Translations under genes and position numbers: made by a program
The notes under the pieces: generated by a model
What the model saw: only the letters and a program-made list of their open reading frames with translations
The model's database searches: none
Told to the model about the DNA's origin: nothing
Shown here: positions 47,642 to 57,746 of the stretch, piece after piece
Position numbering within the stretch: the stretch's first letter is position 1
Layout of the letters: every line of letters starts with the position of its first letter
Origin: a plasmid
Length of the DNA stretch: 64,000 bases
Direction: 5' to 3' (one strand)
Sequence record: CP132210.1

Positions 47642-50085
47642 TCATAACCATCAAAAAGAAACTCGAAGAAACGTTGATCCCGGAGCACTTGCGAGCAGCC
47701 GGGATTATTCCTGTCTTGGCCTATGACGAAGACGATCATGTCTTCCTTATGGATGACCAAAGTGTAGGCTTTGGTTTCATGTGTGAGCCCCTGTGCGGTG
47801 CCGATGAGAAAGTGCAGGAGCGAATGAATGGCTTCCTGAATCAGGAATTTCCGTCGAAGACTTCGCTCCAGTTTGTTCTGTTCCGCTCACCGGACATTAA
47901 TCAGGAGATGTACCGGATGATGGGGTTGCGTGATGGTTTTCGTCACGAACTGCTGACATCTGTCATCAAGGAACGAATCAACTTCCTCCAGCACCACACG
48001 ACAGATCGCATCTTTGCTAAGACCAGCAAAGGTATCTACGACAATGGCTTGATACAAGACCTCAAACTGTTCGTTACGTGCAAAGTACCTATAAAGAACA
48101 ACAACCCGACGGAGAGCGAACTCCAGCATCTCGCACAAATCCGCACGAAGGTCGAGTCATCGCTTCAAACTGTTGGCCTGCGTCCCCGAACAATGACGGC
48201 GGTGAACTACATCCGGATCATGAGCACCATACTGAATTGGGGGCCGGATGCTTCATGGCGACATGACTCTGTGGATTGGGAGATGGATAAGCCTATCTGC
48301 GAGCAAATCTTCGATTACGGCACCGACGTGGAAGTCAGTAAGAACGGCATCAGGCTGGGTGACTATCACGCGAAAGTGATGTCCGCTAAAAAGCTACCTG
48401 ATGTTTTCTATTTTGGTGATGCGTTGACCTATGCAGGGGATCTCAGCGGAGGTAACTCCAGCATCAAAGAAAACTACATGGTTGTGACCAATGTATTTTT
48501 CCCTGAGGCCGAAAGCACGAAAAATACTCTGGAGCGCAAACGCCAGTTCACTGTAAACCAAGCCTACGGGCCAATGCTCAAATTCGTGCCGGTGTTGGCG
48601 GACAAAAAGGAGAGTTTCGACACTCTCTATGAGTCCATGAAAGAGGGGGCCAAGCCAGTCAAGATCACCTACTCGGTGGTTTTATTTGCCCCAACCAAAG
48701 AACGTGTTGAAGCGGCAGCGATGGCCGCACGAAACATCTGGCGTGAGTCTCGGTTTGAACTTATGGAGGATAAGTTCGTTGCTCTGCCAATGTTCCTCAA
48801 CTGCCTGCCATTCTGTACCGACCGAGATGCAGTACGAGACCTATTCCGCTACAAGACCATGACAACCGAACAGGCGGCTGTGGTCCTGCCAGTGTTTGGG
48901 GAGTGGAAGGGGACCGGGACCTATCATGCGGCGCTGATTTCCCGCAACGGCCAGCTCATGAGTCTGTCTCTTCACGACAGTAATACCAACAAGAACCTTG
49001 TGATCGCAGCCGAATCGGGCTCGGGTAAATCCTTCCTTACCAACGAACTGATTTTTTCCTATCTGTCTGAGGGGGCCCAAGTCTGGGTCATTGATGCTGG
49101 GAAGTCTTATCAGAAGTTGTCGGAAATGCTCAATGGCGACTTCGTTCACTTTGAAGAAGGAACGCACGTCTGCCTCAACCCGTTCGAGCTCATACAGAAC
49201 TACGATGACGAAGAAGACGCGATTGTCAGCCTCGTTTGTGCAATGGCCTCGGCCAAGGGCTTGCTGGATGAATGGCAAATCTCTGCGCTGAAACAGGTCC
49301 TTTCTCGTCTGTGGGAAGAGAAAGGTAAAGAGATGAAGGTTGACGACATCGCTGAGCGCTGCCTGGAGGAAGAAAACGATCAGCGCCTCAAGGATATTGG
49401 TCAGCAGCTCTACGCCTTTACATCGAAGGGGAGCTACGGGAAATACTTCTCTCAAAAGAACAACGTCAGCTTCCAGAACCAGTTCACTGTACTGGAGCTC
49501 GATGAATTGCAAGGACGTAAACACCTGCGTCAGGTTGTTCTCCTCCAGCTCATCTACCAGATCCAGCAAGAAGTCTTCCTGGGTGAACGAAACCGCAAAA
49601 AGGTCGTCATCGTGGATGAAGCATGGGACTTGCTCAAAGAAGGTGAAGTTTCCACGTTTATGGAACACGCCTACCGTAAGTTTCGTAAATATGGTGGCTC
49701 CGTTGTTATTGCAACTCAGTCCATCAACGACCTCTATGAAAACGCCGTGGGTCGTGCCATAGCGGAGAACTCGGCCAGCATGTACTTGCTCGGCCAAACC
49801 GAAGAAACAGTTGAATCTGTTAAGCGCAGCGGTCGTCTGACCCTTTCAGATGGCGGGTTCCACACCCTTAAAACCGTACACACCATCCAAGGCGTGTACT
49901 CAGAAATCTTTATCAAATCGAAGAGCGGTATGGGCGTCGGGCGTTTGATCGTGGGCGACTTCCAGAAGCTGCTTTATTCGACTGACCCGGTGGACGTCAA
50001 CGCCATCGACCAATTTGTGAAACAAGGCATGAGCATCCCTGAGGCTATCAAGGCTGTGATGCGAAGCCGTAAACAGGCTGCATAA
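47638..50085 (+). CDS. traC: Type IV secretion ATPase TraC (VirB4-like)
   Basis: Walker A ESGSGKSF. Walker B VVIVDEAW. 815 aa. Confidence 0.85.
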   Translation: MIITIKKKLEETLIPEHLRAAGIIPVLAYDEDDHVFLMDDQSVGFGFMCEPLCGADEKVQERMNGFLNQEFPSKTSLQFVLFRSPDINQEMYRMMGLRDGFRHELLTSVIKERINFLQHHTTDRIFAKTSKGIYDNGLIQDLKLFVTCKVPIKNNNPTESELQHLAQIRTKVESSLQTVGLRPRTMTAVNYIRIMSTILNWGPDASWRHDSVDWEMDKPICEQIFDYGTDVEVSKNGIRLGDYHAKVMSAKKLPDVFYFGDALTYAGDLSGGNSSIKENYMVVTNVFFPEAESTKNTLERKRQFTVNQAYGPMLKFVPVLADKKESFDTLYESMKEGAKPVKITYSVVLFAPTKERVEAAAMAARNIWRESRFELMEDKFVALPMFLNCLPFCTDRDAVRDLFRYKTMTTEQAAVVLPVFGEWKGTGTYHAALISRNGQLMSLSLHDSNTNKNLVIAAESGSGKSFLTNELIFSYLSEGAQVWVIDAGKSYQKLSEMLNGDFVHFEEGTHVCLNPFELIQNYDDEEDAIVSLVCAMASAKGLLDEWQISALKQVLSRLWEEKGKEMKVDDIAERCLEEENDQRLKDIGQQLYAFTSKGSYGKYFSQKNNVSFQNQFTVLELDELQGRKHLRQVVLLQLIYQIQQEVFLGERNRKKVVIVDEAWDLLKEGEVSTFMEHAYRKFRKYGGSVVIATQSINDLYENAVGRAIAENSASMYLLGQTEETVESVKRSGRLTLSDGGFHTLKTVHTIQGVYSEIFIKSKSGMGVGRLIVGDFQKLLYSTDPVDVNAIDQFVKQGMSIPEAIKAVMRSRKQAA

Positions 50086-50099
50086 CCAGGGAGACTGTA

Positions 50100-50417
50100 A
50101 TGGACCTTAAAATCATCGCAATTGCCTCCATTCTTGGTGCTGCTGGTGGCTTCGGTGCCAGCTATTACGTGATGAGCGAACAAACGGCAAACATCCAGCA
50201 GCGTTTGAATCAAACCCCGCCAGTGGTTGTGGTGGACTTCGCTAAAGTGGCATCGGCATATCCTGCCGGTGCCTCTCAGGCGGAAGTGGAAAAGCTGATG
50301 GTCAAGACCAATGACGCAATTTTGAAGTTGAAGGACGCAGGTTACTTGGTGCTTGACGCAAGTGCTGTAGTCGGTGCGCCAAGTGACGTGTACCTCCCTG
50401 AGGAGGTGCTGAAATGA
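50100..50417 (+). CDS. Small exported/membrane protein (105 aa)
   Basis: N-terminal hydrophobic helix. Confidence 0.4.
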   Translation: MDLKIIAIASILGAAGGFGASYYVMSEQTANIQQRLNQTPPVVVVDFAKVASAYPAGASQAEVEKLMVKTNDAILKLKDAGYLVLDASAVVGAPSDVYLPEEVLK

Positions 50418-50944
50418 AATTCTCATTCAAGACGTATTTCGTCAAAAAGGAATCCTGGAAGCGTTTCGGGCTTAAAGCCGGTGTGACGCTGCTGGTTCTC
50501 TGGGGGGCTGGTGCGGCTTTTGCCAGCCGCTACCGTATTGGTATTGACCCTCAACAGGAGAAGTGCCTGCCGGGTTACACCTTCTTCCTCATTGATCTGA
50601 AAGACCAATCTCTGGAGAGGGGGGCTGTTTACGCCTTCCACGCTAAGAACATGCAACCTTTCTACAAGGACGGAACTCGCATGGTAAAAATCCTCACCGG
50701 TATGCCGGGGGATAAAGTCGAGATCAACGATAAGTGGAAGATCACCGTCAATGGTGATGTCGTCGGGGAGGGGCTCCAGCTTGCAGGGAAACTACATCTG
50801 CCCGAGAGCCACTTTTACGGCAAGGCCACACTGAAAGAGAACAACTACTGGTTTATGGGCAAAAGCCTATTCAGCTTCGACTCACGCTACTGGGGGACTG
50901 TGAAAAATGATCAGATCATTGGCCGCGCATATCCCCTGTTCTAA
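50414..50944 (+). CDS. traF: TraF/TrhF signal-peptidase-like (S26 family)
   Basis: S26 peptidase-like beta-rich core. Positioned before traW. Confidence 0.65.
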   Translation: MKFSFKTYFVKKESWKRFGLKAGVTLLVLWGAGAAFASRYRIGIDPQQEKCLPGYTFFLIDLKDQSLERGAVYAFHAKNMQPFYKDGTRMVKILTGMPGDKVEINDKWKITVNGDVVGEGLQLAGKLHLPESHFYGKATLKENNYWFMGKSLFSFDSRYWGTVKNDQIIGRAYPLF

Positions 50945-52175
50945 GAGCGTTATTGTGGCGCTGATCTTCTCTGTGGCTGGCGGAGGGGCATCCGCTCAAG
51001 AGTCTCCGCTGTCAGAACAAGATAGGGCGTTTATTGAGCAAGGAAAGCAAATTGCCCAAAAGGCCCAGAGGATGGAAATGCCATCTCTGTTGCAGAACCA
51101 ACACATGGATGATGCTCAGGCCGAAGCTAAGGCGTTGTTCAATCAGCTCCAATCTACTAACCCGACGCTCAAGGAGATGCACCGTAAGCAGGCTGAAAAA
51201 GGCATCTACTCCGACCATCGGATATTGGTTTTCGCGTCTTTGTCGCTTGGCGAACAGGGGTTGGATGATGTCCTAACCGCTGTGTCGGGTCAGTCTGATG
51301 CGGTGATTGTGTTCCGTGGTGTTCCAGAAGGCATGAATCTGGGGCAGGGGGTTAAGTCTATTCAGGCTCTGGCGGCCAAAAAAGACCCTGTGCCAAACGT
51401 CATCATCAACCCAACTTTGTTCAAAACGTACAAAATCACAGCCGTTCCCACGATTGTGATGCTTGAGGATGAGCCGTTGCCCGGCGAGCAACCAAATGTC
51501 GTTGCCCAAGTTTCCGGTTTGTCCGACCCAGTATGGTTGGCTCGGGAAGTGGATAACGGAGAAAAAGGCGATCTCGGCGTTAAGGGGCCGGTGGAGAAAA
51601 TTAGCGAGCCAGACCTCATTGAGGTTGCCAAGAAACGCCTTGCCAATATCGACTGGGAAGAGAAGAAGAAGCTCGCTGTTGAGCGGTTCTGGACCAAGCA
51701 AAACTTCAATGAGCTACCCAGAGCGCCCAAATTTCGAACCAGAGAAATTGACCCCAGTGTCATGATCACCAGTGACATCAGCACTCCAGATGGCACAGTG
51801 TTCGCTCACGCGGGTGACGTGATCAACCCGTTGTGCGATCCGAAAGAAGTCTGCAAACCTGGAACACGGCCATTTACCCAAGCTGTCGTTGTCTTCGACC
51901 CGTTGGACAAAAAGCAGATGGAGCTGCTCGCCAAGAAACTGCCTGAAATTAAGAAGGAGCCTGGAGTTCAGCGGATCACCTATATCGCTACAAAGTTCGA
52001 TAAAGACAAAGGCTGGGACTCCTACAAGAGTGTTACCGACAGCTTTGATGCGCCGGTATATCTACTGACCCCTGATCTGATTACCAGGTTCGAGCTGGAG
52101 CACACTCCAAGCGTGATTACAGCCAGAGGCAAGAAGTTTCTCATCCGCGAATTTGCTGAGGAGGGCGGTGAATGA
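50907..52175 (+). CDS. traW: TraW
   Basis: Signal peptide. 422 aa. Gene order. Confidence 0.7.
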   Translation: MIRSLAAHIPCSKSVIVALIFSVAGGGASAQESPLSEQDRAFIEQGKQIAQKAQRMEMPSLLQNQHMDDAQAEAKALFNQLQSTNPTLKEMHRKQAEKGIYSDHRILVFASLSLGEQGLDDVLTAVSGQSDAVIVFRGVPEGMNLGQGVKSIQALAAKKDPVPNVIINPTLFKTYKITAVPTIVMLEDEPLPGEQPNVVAQVSGLSDPVWLAREVDNGEKGDLGVKGPVEKISEPDLIEVAKKRLANIDWEEKKKLAVERFWTKQNFNELPRAPKFRTREIDPSVMITSDISTPDGTVFAHAGDVINPLCDPKEVCKPGTRPFTQAVVVFDPLDKKQMELLAKKLPEIKKEPGVQRITYIATKFDKDKGWDSYKSVTDSFDAPVYLLTPDLITRFELEHTPSVITARGKKFLIREFAEEGGE

Positions 52176-52849
52176 TTTTTTCCCCGGCTTTACAGCAAAT
52201 TAAGGACGTCGGAACAGGCTCGTTTGTTGCGGCTGAGGTTTTGGCTCGTTGGTGCTGCGAAGGCCAGATGCTTACTCCATCGGAGTTGTCATCACCTCCT
52301 AATTGGGGCTTGGTAGATATTGAGATTGCCAGGTTCATTCAAGATAACCTTTGCCATTGCAGTGAGGAATATCAGGCTATTTTTGTTAATGTGTCAGAGC
52401 AGACTTTGAAATCTGACATCATCTTTCATACGTGGGCTCAGATAATTAGGGCAATCACGAAGAATTATCCATTAAGGCTTGTCATCGAGATCACTGAGGG
52501 GGTTCAAGACAAATCTCTAGCATTTAGATGGAGCTCTCTTACTGCGATGGGGGTTAATCTAGCTCTTGATGATTATGGAGACAAAAACTCTTCAATGGCT
52601 CGCTTGCTTAGCTACGACTGGAATTATTGCAAATTCGATGCGAGAAAACTGAGTTCATTTGAAGATTATTCAGCCATTCTTCATTGCCGACGTAAAGGCA
52701 TCCATCTTATTGCGGAACAGGTTGAGACACCACCATTGGAAGAGAATGCCAAATTACTTGGTTTGGTATGGCAACAAGGTTTCCTTCATGGGAAGCCGAC
52801 TGTTATAGAGAAAAGTTTGAATCGAGCAAAGGTCTTACCATTATGCTGA
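52172..52849 (+). CDS. Stand-alone EAL-domain protein (putative c-di-GMP phosphodiesterase)
   Basis: EVLARW (EAL signature variant), EITE, DDYG, KFD and AEQVET...QGFLHGKP motifs in canonical order. 225 aa. Embedded between traW and traU. Confidence 0.7.
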   Translation: MIFSPALQQIKDVGTGSFVAAEVLARWCCEGQMLTPSELSSPPNWGLVDIEIARFIQDNLCHCSEEYQAIFVNVSEQTLKSDIIFHTWAQIIRAITKNYPLRLVIEITEGVQDKSLAFRWSSLTAMGVNLALDDYGDKNSSMARLLSYDWNYCKFDARKLSSFEDYSAILHCRRKGIHLIAEQVETPPLEENAKLLGLVWQQGFLHGKPTVIEKSLNRAKVLPLC

Positions 52850-53847
52850 AATTCATGAAATTAACTGTGTTTGCACTTGCACTGTTTAGTGGGGTAGTGA
52901 AAGCAGAGCCGGGTTGCCAGAATGCCGAGGTGATTGGTGGGAAGCTGATAACAGATATATGTTGGAGTTGCCTATTCCCTATAAAAATTGCAGGGGTGTC
53001 AATTAGTGGTGGAGGCGGTGTTGTGCCTAGTGATGCGGTTACATCACCCCTATGTGCCTGCAATGATAATCTGGGTGTTCCAAGGCCAGGGGTAACTACG
53101 TCTATGTGGGAGCCTGCAAGGCTTATTGAGTTCCAAAGAGTCCCAGGATGCTCCTCTGTGTTGAATGGCACTCGTTTCCCATTTGATCGAACAAATCAAG
53201 GTCATCATGGAATGGGGGATATGGATGGGGGTGATGGCTCTTTTATGCACTACCACTATTATGCGTTCCCCCTGCTTATTATGCTCGATATGTTCATAAA
53301 AGAGAGCTGTAATGCGGATGGGTACATGGATCTAGACATCATGTATCTTTCTGAGGTGGACCCGACTTGGAACAATGACGAGCTCGCTTTTTTTACTAAC
53401 CCAGAGGCTGCGGCAGTAGCAAATCCAATCGCCGCAACAGCCTGCACTGCCGATGCTATTTCTTCTACGGCAGGAAAACCACTCAAGCAGCTTTTTTGGT
53501 GCGCTGGTTCATGGGGGGCGCTATACCCCCTAAGTGGAAACCAAAATGGCGGTAAGGGGGTTATACGTGACAGCAGCCTTCTAACTACTCGTGTTTTGGC
53601 CGCGTTGCACCGGAGAGGGTTGGCGTGGAAGACTATGGGCTCAGATGCAATGTGTCGTGGAGTGATAAGCCCGACACTTCCAAAAACACAATACAAGTTC
53701 ACGTTGTTACATCCAGTTCCTGAGACAAACTCATCTCATGTGATAGGGGAGTCGGCCTTGACTTGGGGGCTATCGAGGACAATTCCATCAATAGGCCAAG
53801 ACCCTATCTATACCATTTGGAGGTGGAACGACTGCTGCAATAATTGA
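52843..53847 (+). CDS. traU: TraU
   Basis: Signal peptide MLKFMKLTVFALALFSGVVKA. Conserved CWSCLFPIKIAGV. Overlaps the EAL gene stop. Confidence 0.75.
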   Translation: MLKFMKLTVFALALFSGVVKAEPGCQNAEVIGGKLITDICWSCLFPIKIAGVSISGGGGVVPSDAVTSPLCACNDNLGVPRPGVTTSMWEPARLIEFQRVPGCSSVLNGTRFPFDRTNQGHHGMGDMDGGDGSFMHYHYYAFPLLIMLDMFIKESCNADGYMDLDIMYLSEVDPTWNNDELAFFTNPEAAAVANPIAATACTADAISSTAGKPLKQLFWCAGSWGALYPLSGNQNGGKGVIRDSSLLTTRVLAALHRRGLAWKTMGSDAMCRGVISPTLPKTQYKFTLLHPVPETNSSHVIGESALTWGLSRTIPSIGQDPIYTIWRWNDCCNN

Positions 53848-53864
53848 TCGTTAACTCCGTCAAT

Positions 53865-53889
53865 GAAAAGCCGTGCGTTGCACGGCTTT
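53865..53889 (+). terminator. Intrinsic terminator after traU
   Basis: AAAAGCCGTGCgttGCACGGC followed by TTTT. Confidence 0.55.
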
Positions 53890-53919
53890 TGCATTTCAAG
53901 ATGTATGTTTTACGCAGAG

Positions 53920-53935
53920 TGCCCAAAATGGGCCA
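53920..53935. promoter_or_regulatory. Activator-box-like inverted repeat copy 6 (TGCCCAAAATGGGCCA) upstream of traN
   Basis: About 70-80 bp upstream of the traN start. Confidence 0.5.
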
Positions 53936-53997
53936 CTAGGCATACTAACGTGGATTTCTCTCTGGGGTAGCATCTGAGTGTCAGAATGGAGATGAAT

Positions 53998-56736
53998 ATG
54001 CGAAGTCACACCCTAGTCATGAGAACCGTCGCCTCATTGCTTTCCATAACCATTTCCGCGTTGCCGGTACATGGTTATGCCAGTAGTTCGAGTGCGGCGG
54101 ATATAGCCACTGTAGGCAAAGATGCTCAATCATTTGGACAGAGCTTATCTAACTCATTCAAGTCAAACTCTGGAACTGTTCAGGATGGCACTATTTCAAT
54201 GCCTACGTTGAAAGATGGTCAGTTCCAAATGAATGGTGGTGAACAAGTTAATGTTAATGATCTGTTCCCAGGGACAAGTAGTAAAAATAACAAACCAGAC
54301 AGCTATTATTTCCCCGACGCCAATAAGCCAAGCGTTGATAACCTACAGGGCATGTATGATTCTGGTAGCGACATGGATAATGTTGGCAACTCTTCTCAGG
54401 GGACACTCTGGTCCGATGCTAATAGCTCTAATCCATCAATTTCGGGTGCTGCATATAAAGTCCTGCTTGATGCAACAAATCGTTCTCGCCCGGACTTTTC
54501 TAATGATCCAGTTTTGAATCTAAGTAAAAAAACCTATGAAAATATGGATCTTATTGCTGGTGGTTTTGGTGATTGTTCTGCTGAAACAACTATTAATGAA
54601 GGAACCATAAATGCTCACGTCCCTGAGTATGAGCGTTGTCAGCGAGTAGTAAAACCTGCTGGTGATTGCGATATTATCCATTCCTTGGGAATAACAAGTG
54701 ATGTTCAATATGTATATGTCGGTTCTGTAGGTCGAACTTGGGTCACTGTTAAATTTGACCTTAAAAATGGTACGTGGGAACCAATTGCACCCTCTGATGG
54801 TGCTCAAAAAGTCGCGCAAATACCAAAAGTAGATTTCAATGCCATGTGCAGTGGTGCCGTTAATTTTAAGACCGATCTTGTTGGTTCTTGGGATTGGGCT
54901 GAGCATGGCCTACCCGGAAAGATCGACTCGACTGTTATCTATAGAGTTAACCAATATCCAACTTGTGAGAATGGTTTGGTTGGGGTTGTACAGATCCAGG
55001 ACACTACGGAATCAGATGACCTAGAGTGGATTCTTGGTGGGAAGTTTGCTTTTCGATTCACCAAGCAAGTTGAGGACCAATGGACTCCGCAGACTTGTAT
55101 TGATGATGCAAAGAAATTGAATGATGGGTTTTGTAAGGGAACGATAAGTGTTACTGAGGGGGCCAGAAATGAAAACGACTGTATTACAGTTAATGGCTCC
55201 AGCATTTGCCCTGGTGATCCATTCTTCAATTCACTGAAACCATCGCCGTTGCCAGGTATTCCAAGGCTCGCACAGAAAGTCAGGGTATCAAAACTCCAGT
55301 GCGACTTTAATGTGGGGCAAATGGAATGCTGGACTGACCCTCAAGGGGTAAAACATTGCCCTAACAATGATGGTGGAAATGTAAACAGTTGCGCGGCACT
55401 AGAAGGCAATCCTAAATGTGGCTTCATCAGCTCTGAGTGTATTGGTGGTGCCCAAGGCCCATCGGGCCAATGTTATGTATTTAAGGATACTTACGATTGT
55501 GGTGTGGATGTCAAAGTCCCAACTCTCGATAAGAACACTGAGTACAAGTGTGGTGGTCCGATCCGTTGCATGGGGGATGATTGCTTAGCAATAAATAAAT
55601 CTCAGAGTACCGATTTCGCCAGAGCAACAGCCTTACTTAATGCTGCTCAGTTTTTGACACAAGATATGAAGTGTACCGATAGCGCAACCGAAGAGGGGGG
55701 GGATGGAAATATTGATCAAGGATGTACGGTTTTTGGCGGCGAATCCGGTGAATGTAAAATAGCTGTAGGTGGTGTATCGGATTGCTGTGAAAAGCCTTCA
55801 AATATATCTCTAGCTGATTACCTAAACTTGATCATGGCTGTTCCCAAGCTAGATGGTGCGGTAATGGGGTTACAAGATGGTAATGCCATGAAGGGCGCTT
55901 ATCAGGTTCTTCGAGATCCTGTAATGGAAGGTTGGACTGAGGTAACAAAGCCATTTACGAGCTATATTGAAAATATATCCGGTTCTGTGGACTCATTTAT
56001 GGAACCAGTGAACCAGGTGATGGATCAACTTATTGAGCAGCTAAAAGAGCAGGTTAAAGAAGTCATGATGGACGTCTTTAAATCTGCTGGGCAAGATGCC
56101 GCGACAGAGCAAGCTGCTGCTGCCGCATCGGAACAAGCCGCAGAACAGATGATGCAGACCGCAACGACATGGCTCAGTACAGCGATGACAATCTATACGG
56201 TCTATGTTGTCACAATGGTAATGATCCAAATGATTTATAAATGTGAGGAGTCTGAGTTCACAATGAACGCCAAAAGGGCGTTGAAGAATTGCACTTATGT
56301 TGGTTCTTATTGCAAATCCAAAGTATTGGGCGCTTGCATAGAGGAGCGTGAGGCTTATTGCTGCTTTAACTCTCCTCTTTCCAGAATAATTCAAGAGCAA
56401 ATTCGGCCACAACTCGGCCAATCTTTTGGTGATCCCAAAAGTCCCCAGTGTGGTGGTATTTCTCTGGAGAAAATTGCAGACATAGATTGGAACAAAGTTA
56501 ATTTGGATGAGTGGTTGGGGATTTTGCAGCAAAATGGCAAGTTCCCTACGCCTGGATCAATAAATATTGACTCGCTAACTGGCGCTGGTAGTGACTTCAA
56601 TATTAATGGGGATCGAAAGAATGCCCAAGAGAGAGCGTTACAGAGGCTTGATGGAATAGACATCGACGCCAAGAGGAAAGAGGCAACAAATCGCGTTAAT
56701 CCTCAAACAGGCGCGCCAAATAATAATGGTGGATAA
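53998..56736 (+). CDS. traN: TraN (Cys-rich mating-pair stabilisation protein)
   Basis: Signal peptide. Many Cys residues in the C-terminal half. About 912 aa. Confidence 0.8.
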   Translation: MRSHTLVMRTVASLLSITISALPVHGYASSSSAADIATVGKDAQSFGQSLSNSFKSNSGTVQDGTISMPTLKDGQFQMNGGEQVNVNDLFPGTSSKNNKPDSYYFPDANKPSVDNLQGMYDSGSDMDNVGNSSQGTLWSDANSSNPSISGAAYKVLLDATNRSRPDFSNDPVLNLSKKTYENMDLIAGGFGDCSAETTINEGTINAHVPEYERCQRVVKPAGDCDIIHSLGITSDVQYVYVGSVGRTWVTVKFDLKNGTWEPIAPSDGAQKVAQIPKVDFNAMCSGAVNFKTDLVGSWDWAEHGLPGKIDSTVIYRVNQYPTCENGLVGVVQIQDTTESDDLEWILGGKFAFRFTKQVEDQWTPQTCIDDAKKLNDGFCKGTISVTEGARNENDCITVNGSSICPGDPFFNSLKPSPLPGIPRLAQKVRVSKLQCDFNVGQMECWTDPQGVKHCPNNDGGNVNSCAALEGNPKCGFISSECIGGAQGPSGQCYVFKDTYDCGVDVKVPTLDKNTEYKCGGPIRCMGDDCLAINKSQSTDFARATALLNAAQFLTQDMKCTDSATEEGGDGNIDQGCTVFGGESGECKIAVGGVSDCCEKPSNISLADYLNLIMAVPKLDGAVMGLQDGNAMKGAYQVLRDPVMEGWTEVTKPFTSYIENISGSVDSFMEPVNQVMDQLIEQLKEQVKEVMMDVFKSAGQDAATEQAAAAASEQAAEQMMQTATTWLSTAMTIYTVYVVTMVMIQMIYKCEESEFTMNAKRALKNCTYVGSYCKSKVLGACIEEREAYCCFNSPLSRIIQEQIRPQLGQSFGDPKSPQCGGISLEKIADIDWNKVNLDEWLGILQQNGKFPTPGSINIDSLTGAGSDFNINGDRKNAQERALQRLDGIDIDAKRKEATNRVNPQTGAPNNNGG

Positions 56737-56739
56737 ACG

Positions 56740-56768
56740 AAGGGGCCCTAAAGGCCCCTTTTCTTTGT
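56740..56768. terminator. Bidirectional terminator between traN and the convergent lipoprotein gene
   Basis: GAAGGGGCCctaaaGGCCCC followed by TTTTCTTT. Confidence 0.6.
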
Positions 56769-56774
56769 CGCTGT

Positions 56775-57635
56775 TCATGCTTCTGGGTAAACAAATAACT
56801 CAGCCTTTCCCTGACCAAGAAGGTAAGGGAACCCAACTTTGTCGCCACTCTCCAGTTCCACTGATTTTGGAGCAAGGTAAAGATAGGACCAAGCTGGTAG
56901 CTGTTTGCTAATAGCGGCGTAGATCGCTTGCTGAGGAGCATGGCTTGCTGTTCCATTGCCGACTTTCACAAAGTTGTAGTCAGTCTCATGTCCTGATGTG
57001 AAGGCATACGCTGTGCCTTGGACACCAGAGACAAAATCAGGCGCGGTCCCAATGCGAGGCTCCACGATATTTACTTTGACTGAACACATGTCAGCCACCT
57101 TACTTTGTCCGTTCACCCACGTAGGGCAACCCCATTCGTTCTTGTAGAACTGATAGGTGAGACGACCGTCTTTGTCATACAGAAGTGTGAAATTCGCACC
57201 CAAGTCAGTCAGAGCTGACTCGATGGAAACTTTCACATGTGAAAGAAGTTTGCCCTGAGCATCTGCCGGTGACGCAGCTTCTTTAGCAGGCATCCAGGCG
57301 ATCAAGCTATTGCGAGCTCCGTGCTGTTTAGGACCGATGGCCCAGTTGGCAAGGTTGACTAAGCCACCTTGCCAGTCGGTCATACCAACCTGAGGGGACA
57401 TATAGCCAGACAGCACGTAGGCAGCACCAAACGTTTTGGTGTCGGTCAAGCGTTCCAGCTTGTCACGCGGAACCGAAGCGTCTTGAATGCCTGTTACCAG
57501 GCCACCGGCCTCTGCGATGTTGTAAGCGCGACTGTGATTGGTTTTGTACGCTGCGGGTTCGTAACTACTGGTGGATGCACAGCCAGACAGAGCTGCTACA
57601 ACTAGAGCCACAGTGGTGATTGAAGCATGTTTCAT
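56775..57635 (-). CDS. Lipoprotein (286 aa)
   Basis: VVAALSGCAST lipobox. Palindrome copy 7 lies inside the CDS. Confidence 0.55.
   Translation of the reverse strand: MKHASITTVALVVAALSGCASTSSYEPAAYKTNHSRAYNIAEAGGLVTGIQDASVPRDKLERLTDTKTFGAAYVLSGYMSPQVGMTDWQGGLVNLANWAIGPKQHGARNSLIAWMPAKEAASPADAQGKLLSHVKVSIESALTDLGANFTLLYDKDGRLTYQFYKNEWGCPTWVNGQSKVADMCSVKVNIVEPRIGTAPDFVSGVQGTAYAFTSGHETDYNFVKVGNGTASHAPQQAIYAAISKQLPAWSYLYLAPKSVELESGDKVGFPYLLGQGKAELFVYPEA
57231..57246. promoter_or_regulatory. Dispersed palindrome copy 7 (CTTTCACATGTGAAAG), intragenic
   Basis: Perfect 16-bp palindrome inside the lipoprotein CDS. It again encodes LSHVKV. Confidence 0.55.
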
Positions 57636-57707
57636 GTTGTTCTCCGTTCTTACCTGATTTGCTTCGATAATATCACGGCATCATAAAATGCAACCATAAA
57701 AGGCGTA

Positions 57708-57733
57708 AAAAAGCCCCTCCGGAGAGGGGCAAA
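57708..57733 (-). terminator. Intrinsic terminator (minus strand) after the 57747 gene
   Basis: On the minus strand: GCCCCTCtccgGAGGGGC followed by TTTTTT. Confidence 0.6.
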
Positions 57734-57746
57734 GGTTTGGGCAGGG

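Noticed and set aside
48841-49797. 318-aa ORF antisense to traC
   Set aside because: Antisense shadow ORF inside a well-supported VirB4-type ATPase gene.
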